The notes under the pieces are model-generated. The model was given only the letters and a program-made list of their open reading frames with translations, searched no databases and was not told where the DNA came from. Below, piece by piece: positions 27,698 to 39,000 of a stretch of DNA of 64,000 bases. The stretch covers positions 1 to 64,000 of the forward strand of contig JAQGDQ010000400.1 in assembly GCA_030141605.1 (NCBI GenBank), read 5' to 3'. The stretch's first letter is position 1. Each line of letters begins with the position of its first letter. Position numbers and translations under genes: made by a program. This DNA comes from Tubiluchus corallicola (Eukaryota > Animalia > Priapulida).

Positions 27698-30600
27698 GGT
27701 TCATCCGGTTCAGTTACGAGTGAAGATGCTAGCTGTTCAGACTCAAGTGACTCTGGTTTTGTGGGAGATCACGGGTTCAAGAAAGAATCACCTATAAAGG
27801 CGGGCTGGTGTTTGAAACAGGGCATAAAGGTAGGTGCTTAAATTCACTTTGATATGTCTAAACTTTAACGTGTATTCGATTAGCACTGAACTGGGAACGG
27901 GAATGATCCTGAAAGCACCAGTATAAGTCGGTCAACAGATTACAAAAAAATCTAAAATGTTCATTCGTTATAAAACTTTGTTTTGATAATCCTTTTCACA
28001 TAGTGTGAAAACTCTAGGTGGATTTCAAATCTGATGCAGTGTGAACATTGTGGTCTAGAGGGAAACAGGCTTTTACCTTGAACTAGATTTGGCAATGTGA
28101 ATCGTCTACTTGTTTAATGTGAGCACTAACCTGCTTGCATTCTCATTCAACAAAATGATAACAAATGACGGTTAAATTTTTCATTTCTCTTTTTGTGGAG
28201 GAACCCATTAATGGCTCAGGACCGCAATATTCATTATAACAGAACTCTCTCTGGCATTAGTGCGTACGTTGAACTGCATGCAATAAGCAGGACTGGAAAA
28301 GGATCAGTTTAAAAATACTAACCACAGAGAGTCAGAAATATTTTGCATTTTGTTTTATCATTTCTTGCAATTTTGGTAAACATTACGTTCTTATCATATT
28401 AACAGCTTCTTGCAATTTACACGATTTCTAACAGAGATCTTCACCTCTTCTAGCTTAGCTCCTCATCGTAAAGGACAAACCTTGATAGGTAGATAGATTC
28501 CAGTCCTGCCACCAGCAAGTTGTCTTATATTACGTTATCTTAGCCACGGAGTGCCAAATTCTAGCTTGCAGTGTACCAAATTGTTTAAATGAATTTTGCA
28601 ACTTTGTGTACGCATTCATTAAATAATTAATTAGTATTTTTGCTTAATAGTCATAATTAATCGTCAGTTTATATTGTTACGCTGACACAATGCTATTTCC
28701 ACTTGTAAAATCTCTTGTTATTGTTTCAGGTTAAAAGCTGGAAGAAGCGGTTTTTCGTGCTAAACAAACATGGCGTTTCTTACTACAAAGCTCCCGAGGT
28801 AGATATTCAGTCACTTCAGTAGTGAAGTCTTTTATTTAGTGAAGATTATAGGGCAGGTTCTGTGACAAGTACGTATTTACATGAACATTGTAACACTGCT
28901 TACGTTTTGAGCATAAATTTACGCTTTTGTTTGGCACTGAGTTGACTGAAATGGTTGTAAGTTGTTCAACTCATCCATATTCAATGAGGTTAAAATGCTG
29001 CAAGGCAACGATAGAAGAGTTCGAAAAATGACCTGTCCAAGTTTTGCCTGGATTGCATAATAGGTGCACTTATCTCTGAACTTGACATAAATTCCTGTGA
29101 TCAATTGTGGAAACCATGTAAGTGTGACATTAAGCTCAAGTCTACATATTGCCCATTCTGTTATTTTCAATGGCAATTATTAACAGCTTTACGTAGAGTT
29201 TTCGTAATCGAAGTTGTGTTTTGTAGGACAAATTGCCACTGAAGACCGTCCTTCTTGAAGATGTGGTTGACATACGCCCTTCTGTTGGGTATGTTGTGTT
29301 TTTACATAATCTATATAATCTAGTCTATACTGCTTTAAATAGTAGCCTTACAAAGTTCTTGATATTGTTGGATATACTATTGGGATCAAAACTGTTGGTT
29401 GAGAATTATAAATGTCATATTTTTGCTTCGAATTTTTAACATGATCGTGATTCAGATGATAAACTACGAAGATGTGGCTATCTTTATGTGTTTGTACTAA
29501 ATCTGGACTGAAATCAGTTTTGTGTCTTTTGAAAGTAACATGGAAACCTTTGCAGCTGAATTGAAGACATAACTTTTTTCACTTGAACTGTTTATTTATA
29601 ATGAATTTTCTCATTGCTTTGTATTAGCGCAGTCTAAGTTTGTGTTTCATTGTGGTTTTAATTACGCAAATTTAGTACAAGTGTCTTAACATGTGTTTCA
29701 TTCTGTTTCTAAGCAATTTTGCAAGTTTAATTTTAGCTTTATATTTTTGTAATTACTTTAATCAGTTTTACCTGTAAGCAGTGCTAAGACAGAGCTTAGT
29801 CTCAGTAGAATCAATAAATGTTATTATTATTAATAATAATTAAGTGTAAAATACCCCATGAGTGTGAAGATTATTTAATGGCTATTTTTTCTTTTTGTCT
29901 ATAAAAAATGTCCAAGTCTAGAAATGCCATTTTTCTAAATGAAATAGACTGCTAACGTCATAAGCTGTTTTAGCAACCCATCATGCTCTCGTAATTGTCT
30001 GCATTGCTGTTGTTTCAATTAGTAAAGTACCCTGCTATGTTCTGATGAGAATGTTTTCACGTTTGGAGATGCTGAAGCAATGACGTTAGTTTACAAGAAT
30101 AATACAAGCGCAAATTATGGAGGAAGAAAAACAATGGGTTGTTACACGTCACATTTGATAAAGGCTTTTAAGATTTTCACTCAAAGTACTTTGTATTTTT
30201 CAGAGTTCATCCCAACAAGCAACACATCTTTGAGATTGTCACTAGGGATCGCGTTTTCTATATACAGGTAATGCGCAAGGTACCTGTAATGTGAATGGAG
30301 AGTAATGTGCACCTGTCAAACACATTGTTCCGCCTGTCACTTAATCACCACTTCAAGGGCACAAACTTTCCATAATCACCTTGTCAGCCATTACTTCTCG
30401 CAGAAAATACTTTCTTTTTTTACTTTTGGCTAAAAATAGCAATAATCTCACTGGTTTTTTAGTGACCTTAGCAATGGATGAACCGGTTAATTAGCTGTAC
30501 TGTCAACTCAGTCTTGGACAAAATAATTGGTTAATCTATAGTCAACCTCGGATATAAGGGACACCTCCGGACCGGAAAAAATCATCCCTTATATCCGATG

Positions 30601-33600
30601 TCCCTTATGGCCGAAGTTGAGTCAGAACTACCTGTTCATTTTTTTTCGATATTTTCTGTACCTTCACCCATATTTTTATGGATTATTGCTACACATTCAG
30701 TGCAAACGGTATGTACGAAGCTCTTTCAGTGATGTGAGGTGTATGTGACCACGGAAACTGAGCTGTTTGAAGGCCGAGTTTGCGAAAAACTGAGGTTTAA
30801 AAATCGATCAATTTTGCTTTGATCATAGCCCTTTTATGCGAGGTAATTTATCTGGGTTTCTATTACGCGGGACCTGAAGATATCGTACCTTATAGCCGAA
30901 GCGTGACTCGGTGAATCTACTAAGATTGGCAGCGGCGCCTTTCTGTCACATTCGCGTGGCTGACAAATAGAAGGCGGCACCATGATAACCATGATCATGA
31001 ACTGCTGTGTTAGTTTCTGACATCATATGACGTCACCGTTTTTCGTGTCATGCATTTAAGCAGTACTGTAACACTTACTAAATGTGCTTGACGCACAAGG
31101 GAAAACGCCTGCCAAACTGTGGTTAGTTTCTGACGTAAGCAGTAGCTGTGTTCGGTTGCCGTTAATTAACTTTCTAAGCTAATTATTCAGATATAAGAAC
31201 AATTGCTAAGTTTTATAGACAAGAAAATGTATATTTTGGACAGTAAATTAAAATGAAATTGAATCTAAACAACCGTCCGATCTTCCTTTAATGCTATTTT
31301 TGTTGGCGGATAATTAACTGCCTGTTTTTTATTTCTTTCATTTTGAAAAGACTTTGCAGTGTAAAAATGATTTCAGGTAAAATAATTTTTTTGCAAATAC
31401 TGGTGAAGTCGCTGTTTTAGTGGCCACTTTGGGTTTAAATGACATGTTTAACAGAGTTTTTGGAGAATTGTGGCACGTGTTCCGAAATTGGATGGAATTC
31501 ATTATTGAGTTTTACTAGAACGGCATAAGAATGAATGTACGGTACAGATCGTATTGAAAGTGAATTGATGCTGAATTTTTCATTTACAATTTTGACTTTT
31601 TCTCGGTCTTTTTCTTATGGTACCACTTCTAGTGATATTCAGACGTGAGCAGAAGGCTACTCATTGATGTTATCAATCGGCCATAGGAGTCGTGCAAAAA
31701 TAATAATAATGGATTCATTTTACGCTATTTAGAATACATGTATTCCGTTCTCATCGCGTTTCCTACCGTAATAAGAATATACATTTATTATGTATAATTA
31801 GTTTGCAGTGTGTAAGAATTATGCCTATTATGTTGCTCTTAATCACTCTTTTTTCTAGTATTATTTTTATTGATTTCAGTGTAACACTTGCATCGATATG
31901 CAATCATGGATAGAATCTATATCCAATGAACTTGAGACATCTAGGCATGAAAAGGTTGGTGCTGCCATCTATAAACGGTTCTAAATAATTTTTTCTTTGT
32001 CAAATTGCTTTCAAATCAGAATTGTCAGGTTACGTTCCTTGTCTACGGGTGTACGAATGTGTTTTTCTGACGGCTAGCTCATGTTTGTACTCAAGTGTAT
32101 AATTCATTGGTATTTTTACAAACTTAACTGATGTAGAAACTGTGAATTGTTAATTTAACTGTCAGAACCTGCTAATTAATCTTGGAGCTGATGATCCACT
32201 AATTAATACGTTGTTCATTGTTACTCTCAGTTGAGGGTTTTCACAATAGTTTTTTCTTTATGATAGTCACAACTTTTAACTGGTCAGCAAATTTGACCAA
32301 AGTGCAAAGTACTTCAATCAATCAATCAATTTATTTCACTCCAGCAATACATGTACAATACATCAACATACAATATTATGGAAACAAAAAGAAACAGTAT
32401 ACGTAAAAAAAACGTTGATGAAGTCAAATTAACCAAATAAAAGAGTTGCTGTATGACACCATGAAAGCTTGGATTGTTAAGGTGGCATAAATGAGTGAAT
32501 GAAAGAATGGTTAGGGTCAGAGGACATGATAGAATGGAAAAAATAGTAAGATTAGGGATAGGAAGAAGGAAAAGATGAGAAGAAACGACCACAGTGTATG
32601 TTTAATTTACATAGAGGTATATTAAAATAGCATTATAATTGATTGGAGGTCATATTGCAATTGCATGAGACATGGAACCATTAAAATTGTATTATAAGTA
32701 TGTATCAAAAATGGTCCTTTTCAAGTACTTTTTGAAACAATAAATAGTTTTGTGTATTTTTACTTGGACACTTATTTTATTCCAGTTATTGGGGGCTGTG
32801 AATTTAATAAAGTGCCTGGCACTATTAGTACGACAGTAAGGAACATGATATTCGTTGAACCTTGTAAAGTAATGTTTAGGATTTGCAAAGGAAGTGGACA
32901 ACAAGTTGTAGTATGTCTTGTACATATAAATAGACAAGTGATATATAACCAAGTCTTCGAGAAATATTACACCGCATTCATTAAATAAAGACATATCAAC
33001 AGTGAAACTACTTGTACATGTTGGTTCTTAAACACTGATTGTTTAGTCTGAATACAGGGTTACTACTCACATTCTTACCGTGGTTATTGAACAGCAGCTA
33101 TTAAACTCAGCTTTTTTCTCGGACTTCTTATCTTTTTCTTATCTGTGAAATTTATGAGAAAATTGTTCTTCCCATTAACTGCAATTTCACTTGCTTCAAG
33201 ACAAAAAAGAGTTACATTTTTCTGAATCACTTTTTAGCTTTCTAACTGAGTTTTTACCCCCCAAAACCATTTGAATTTTCACTTCACTACCAGTGAAATT
33301 AGTATCAGCTGTCAACGATGAGCGGTGCATTAATTAGCTTATTTTTTATGTTTGAACAGTTATGGGACAAGAAGGGATGGCAGAGTGACGGGACGTGTCA
33401 TCCGTACTTCAACTACCAGCAGATTGCTGCAAATCGATCATTCCGTGCTTCGGCCAGCGCTGAGAGCCACGGTACCGATTGTCTGGGAAAAACAACACAA
33501 GCTTCTTTATCACCAAGAGTCGTGCACAAGTCCTACTCTACCAGCAGTGCGCCGTCTAGTAAAAATTTACCTCCCTCTCAGAAAAAGATACAGAAAATTC

Positions 33601-34340
33601 GTGAAGATAAATTAGCGAAAAAGTTAAACGCTAATTTTTCCTCTGCATCACAAGGATGCCATAACATTCTGTCATCTAACGCAGCGCAAATGTTAGAACC
33701 AAAAGAGTGCTCTGTTTCACAGCGACAGCTTGTACAAGAGGTGCCATATCATTCCAGGGATAACATAGGCGGACGACGAACTGCAACACCTGTGGATGTG
33801 CTGATATCGCCAAGAATGTTGCGGAAATTTACATTTCCACCCGATTATGAAACCATAGTGGCCAATAATCAGCTTGGACAAGCTACCAGCAAAAGTTCTC
33901 ACAATTTAACAGTGTTAAACAATGTGAACAGATCCGCATTGCCAAACAATCTAAACCGGCCACCTGCATCCAATAAGAAACCAGCGCTTCACGCTTCTAG
34001 CAATGTGCCAATGAGAAGACCACCAGCGCCATCTATGGCTCCTCGACCTCCACCGCAAGCGCGCTTCTCACAACCAGCCATGGGAACAAGCATTTTGCCT
34101 AGCCGACCCACACTTTCTGATCTGACTCGACAAAGTCAGCAGCGTTACTCCCCGGTGGCGAACTCTGGTGACTGCGCTGCTCAGACAAAACCCAATAATA
34201 TTGGCAGCAGAAAAGTGAATGCAAAAGAAACAGCCGGTAAAGTACCAAATTTGAACATCAATGCAGGCGAAGTACCAGTTAATGTTCAGCAAGATGTGAA
34301 GAACATGGTTATGCCACCAGCTAAAGGCATCTGGATCTAA
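27698..34340 (+). CDS. PLEKHA1: TAPP/PLEKHA1-2-like PH-domain adaptor protein (spliced; 5' end uncertain)
   Basis: Exons 27698-27829, 28730-28798, 29227-29288, 30204-30267, 31880-31954, 33360-34340, all AG/GT and phase-compatible. They encode PIKAGWCLKQGIK|VKSWKKRFFVLNKHGVSYYKAPE|DKLPLKTVLLEDVVDIRPSVG|VHPNKQHIFEIVTRDRVFYIQ|CNTCIDMQSWIESI, closely resembling the TAPP1 C-terminal PH domain (KAGYCVKQG..KNWKRRYF..FEIVT..RTFYVQ..EMHSWI), then a 326-aa Ser/Pro/Asn-rich tail. PH domain secure; orthology tentative. Confidence 0.85.
30539..30900. mobile_element. Truncated pogo/Tigger-like MITE
   Basis: TA followed by (T)AGTCAACCTCGGATATAAGGGACA and internal CCCTTAT..CCGA repeats; right end lost at the junction with the 30901 repeat. 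Confidence 0.6.
30901..31291 (+). repeat. Dispersed repeat, copy 2 (copy 1 at 18757-19107)
   Basis: Colinear similarity with 18757-19107, plus a ~45-bp extra segment near the 3' end. Confidence 0.9.
32315..33000 (-). mobile_element. 5'-truncated CR1/L2-group LINE (ORF2 C-terminus, 3' UTR, (TTGA)n tail)
   Basis: ORF 32692..32994 reads YHLSIYMYK..PYCRTN..IKFTAPNNWNKI..FKKYLK, typical of CR1/L2-group ORF2 ends; minus-strand AATAAA-TTGATTGATTGA tail; possible degenerate TSD agtgcaaagtactt / agtgaaactactt. Confidence 0.8.
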
Positions 34341-36049
34341 ATGCAAGACGGTGACACTGTGATGATCATACTTACATTACAAAATTTACAGTGAAATTTA
34401 CAATAGTTACTTCATATTGTATGACTCCCAAAACAGGTTCTTTGAATTACTAAAAGCTTGGTCTTAGCTGCCCTTAAATGTATTAACTAATTTAATCTTT
34501 CTAGAGCTCTTTCTTATGTAACTGTAAATATTGCCTATATTTTACAATATTGTTTATGTTAACTTAATAAGCCAGTTTACACATGTATAGAATTTAATGG
34601 TTGCATTTCTTTTCGCAATTTTAGCTTGTGTGAATACATCGTTCAAAATGTTGTCAAAACAGAAGAGAATCCAACTAATAGTGTTTCAAATAACTTTGTA
34701 GAAACATTTTAAGATTGAAAAAATTTACATAACTGTTTTAGCGTATACATATTTTTATTCATATTTTAATACATTTTTGTAAAGTTTAACAGTATAACAA
34801 TTGAAATGTTTTATCTTTTTTGTTTGAGAATTAACTTCAAAATGAAAACGCTTTATCGTTGGCATTTTCCAGCAATTACTTTGACACTTATTCTCTCATT
34901 TGAGGTAAAAACTAGTATCTCTGTCATCGAAAAACAAAAATTCCGTGCAAAAAGGACAAGTTTCAATTTTGAACAGATTATACTCAAGTGCTAAACAACA
35001 AGCACAAAATATTCTTTACTACAACCCTTGAGCAGACAAACTCTGTTTTCTATATTGAATTCAAATTTAGTGGTATAGTTACAATAATAAAGAAGAAACT
35101 ATCTCTGAGAGTATAAACATACGAAAACAGTAATTCACATAAGTAAAAAATTTATTGCAAACTGTTAACACATTCTTTTAGTAAAAAAATTCATCATACT
35201 TTGGCAGATGTAATGTGTCCACATAAATGAGCAAGATAAAAACACTAGGATGTCGTGTCTTAAATATTTGTAACATATCTAAACTGCACTAACTTCAATC
35301 TTACGGAGAATGGAATGAGCTACTACACAAACATCACTACTAGGATGACTTCACAGGACAACTTCAATGTCTTTACAGAAATGAATTGAAGAAAGGCTGA
35401 TGTAGGAGGTGAAAATTTGCAATGGGGGAATACAATACTGTAGGTTTTGATACCATTAAGGCACTAGACAGGGAAATCACAGTGACATCAGTGTAGATTA
35501 CTAACAAAATGTGACACAAGTAGTAGCCAAATCAGAAAAAACTGCCCAACTGCTACATAAACTGCGAAACATTTATGTTTTATGTGTTATATGAAAAAAA
35601 TGGCAAGCAGAACTAAAAGAAAAGAGTGTTTTGATTTTTAAACCAAATGTAAAATTTCATAGTTTTGCAAGTAGGCCATTTAATTAATCTACAACTACAA
35701 ACTAACTATGTAAATTTTGGTGTAACATCCTGTTATGGTTTTGAAACACTGTGCTCCTTATACTTTTTAACTTGTTTGTTCGATATATTAACGTACTCAC
35801 TCACACATTATAGTCACTTAAAAACAAGACATGTACGTCACACATTTTCATCTGGGTAGCACAAAATACAGCGTTTCTAACTTCTCTGTCGTAAAAACAA
35901 GATGAAACCGAAACCTTTTGAACTGATATTAAAAAAAAATAAATCGATAATATGAAAGCAAATGGCATCGCAACTTTCTTCTTAACAGCACAACAACAAC
36001 AACGACACATGTAACAAGACCAGACAATAATTCTCCTATAATGTTGACA

Positions 36050-39000
36050 TCAGTAAAATCGTTTGCGTTTATGCTCCTGTTGTCTTTGATAGATGAGAAA
36101 ACCCACAACACCACAAACTAAAAGACCAAGAACTGCACAAAAAACAATAGCAAATAGTTTTAGACCTTTGACTGCCTTGTTACGGAAATTGCCACCAACA
36201 TCATCAATGTGATCTGCGAATAAAAATCCAGACAAATTATAAACAAAAAAGCCATCTTTTAAGGCAAATGACAGAAAGTAGTGAAGAAGAGGAATAAATG
36301 AGTGGTCAAGATGTGTGCTTGGCTGCACAAACGAAACAATCCTGTTTGTAGCTTTCTGGGTGCCCACAAGAAAAATGTTTATGGGTGATTTGTGGTTAAG
36401 ATATGTGTATGCAGCTTCGACAGCAAATGTGATTAAGATCTCTGCCAGTTCAGTATCTCATCTGAAAAGACTATCCACAGTAATTAGCTTGATTGCAGTC
36501 ACAACGCAATCATTAACATTAGTCGTGAGTGCTGCCATCATGTGCCATATTCCAACTTGCATAGTATTACATCTACTAAAAGGAACTAACAAACTGTCTG
36601 CAATGAAAAACGCACTGCGAAATGAGTACGTCACTTAGTCGTCCTGTAGCAGCTGAAACGAATATGTAGACGTCACTTAGTCGTCTCGCAGCAGCTGAAA
36701 CGAGTACGTTGACGTTGCTTAGTCGTCCCGCAGCAGCTGAAACGAGTACGTCTACGTCACTTAGTCGTCTCGCAGCAGCTGAAACGAGTACGTTGACGTT
36801 GCTTAGTCGTCCCGCAGCAGCTGAAACGAATACGTTGACGTCACTTAGTCGTCCCGCAGCAGCTGAAACGAGTACGTTGACGTTGCTTAGTCGTCCCGCA
36901 GCAGCTGAAACGAGTACGTTGACGTTGCTTAGTCGTCCCGCAGCAGCTGAAACGAGTACGTCGACGTCACTTAGTCGTCCCGCAGCAGCTGAAACGAGTA
37001 CGTTGACGTCACTTAGTCGTCCCGCAGCAGCTGAAACGAGTACGTTGACGTCACTTAGTCGTCCCGCAGCAGCTGAAACGAATACGTTGATGTTGCTTAG
37101 TCGTCCCGCAGCAGCTGAAACGAGTACGTTGACGTTGCTTAGTCGTCCCGCAGCAGCTGAAACGGGTACATTGACGTTGCTTAGTCGTCCCGCAGCAGCT
37201 GAAACGAATACGTTGACGTCGCTTAGTCGTCCCGCAGCAGCTGAAACGAGTACGTTGACGTCGCTTAGTCGTCCCGCAGCAGCTGAAACGAGTACGTTGA
37301 CGTTGCTTAGTCGTCCCGCAGCAGCTGAAACGAGTATGTTGACGTCACTTAGTCGTCCCACAGCAGTTGAAACGAGTACGTTGACGTTGCTTAGTCGTCC
37401 CGCAGCAGCTGAAACGAGTACGTTGACGTTGCTTAGTCGTCCCGCAGCAGCTGAAACGAGTACGTTGACGTTGCTTAGTCGTCCCGCAGCAGCTGAAACG
37501 AATACGTTGACGTCGCTTAGTCGTCCCGCAGCAGCTGAAACGAGTACGTTGACGTCGCTTAGTCGTCCCGCAGCAGCTGAAACGAGTACGTTGACGTTGC
37601 TTAGTCGTCCCGCAGCAGCTGAAACGAGTATGTTGACGTCACTTAGTCGTCCCGCAGCAGCTGAAACGAGTACGTTGACGTTGCTTAGTCGTCCCGCAGC
37701 AGCTGAAACGAGTATGTCGACGTCACTTAGTCGTCCCACAGCAGTTGAAACGAGTACGTTGACGTTGCTTAGTCGTCCCGCAACAGCTGAAACGAACACG
37801 TTGACGTCACTTAGTCGTCCGCAGCAGCTGAAACGAATACGTCGACGTCACTTAGTCGTCCCGTAGCAGCTGAAACGAGTATGTCGACGTCACTTAGTCG
37901 TTCCGCAGCAGCTGAAACGAGTATGTCGACGTCACTTAGTCGTCCCGTAGCAGCTGAAACGAGTACGTCGACGTCACTTAATCGTCCCGTAGCAGCTGAA
38001 ACGAGTACGTCGACGTCACTTAGTCATCCCGCAGCAACTGAAACGAGTACGTCGACGTCACTTAGTCGTCCCGCAGCAGCTGAAACGACTACTGATAGAG
38101 GCTGATACCACAGATTGTAATCATTTTGTACATACAGCAGCTTTCCTAGCTTGCTAACTTACTGTAATTACATGAAATCAATCATGATGCTTACCACGCG
38201 GTGGCGCAAAAAAATCAGCTTGCGGTTCTACATTAGAGTAGTCTGCTTCCGAGTCTCTCGCTACGTCAACTTCAAAAACCTTGATTGAAATGATATCGTG
38301 CACATCTGAAAAGTACGGCATTTCAGTCTCAAGTAAAATGTGTAGAAAACCATAGAATGTGAAATTATCGTAGAACAATGTGTGCGACAACCAACTGTCT
38401 CATGATCAAGATACGTGTTTCATGACCAGCTTGTGTTTTATTGTTACTTGTGTGATGTTGAGCATGTGGCTGTGCATTCGACCTTGTCTTGTCAGATTTG
38501 AGATAGAGGAAAAGAGGCTGAAACCCAAATTCTGGTTAGATTCCTCCTGATGACTTCTAACTTGGTATCATCTAGGTGTCATCTTCACAAGTCTTTTCAT
38601 CATGACCTTTTTCTTTATGAAGTTATCACATATGAGTATCAATTTAACTGAAAGTAATATGCACTAAATATAACAGCACCTTATCGTAACTTTTAGTTAC
38701 AACGGAACAAAAAGTACATTCGGATTGTGATGCAAAATACCAACGCAACCCCTATAATTCTTAGTAGCACTATGCAAATAATGTTGCTTGGTATTTCCTT
38801 GATTCCGAGGTAGTCTGGTTACAGATTGAGACAGCTTGTTGGCATTCTTCTGTCTCGGAAGACAACGGAGTGTGCACCAAGAGAGTCAGTTATTGATCAC
38901 ATTGATGGAGCTGCAGCGTCGACTGTGGCTGAGCAGTCCGATCCTTGAACGTCTCCAGGGCGCAAGCCTGGGCCAGGTGTATGGAGATCCTGAGTTGCCC

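Noticed and set aside
33318-33359. ATG at 33318 as the start of a standalone 340-aa gene
   Set aside because: An in-frame acceptor at 33359/33360 joins it to the PH exons; the first 14 codons are intronic.
36576-38105. 385/407-aa mucin-like ORFs, or a CRISPR or hammerhead array
   Set aside because: Openness follows from a stop-free 42-bp unit; the array lies inside an intron of an otherwise complete gene; no spacers; no CUGANGA core on either strand.
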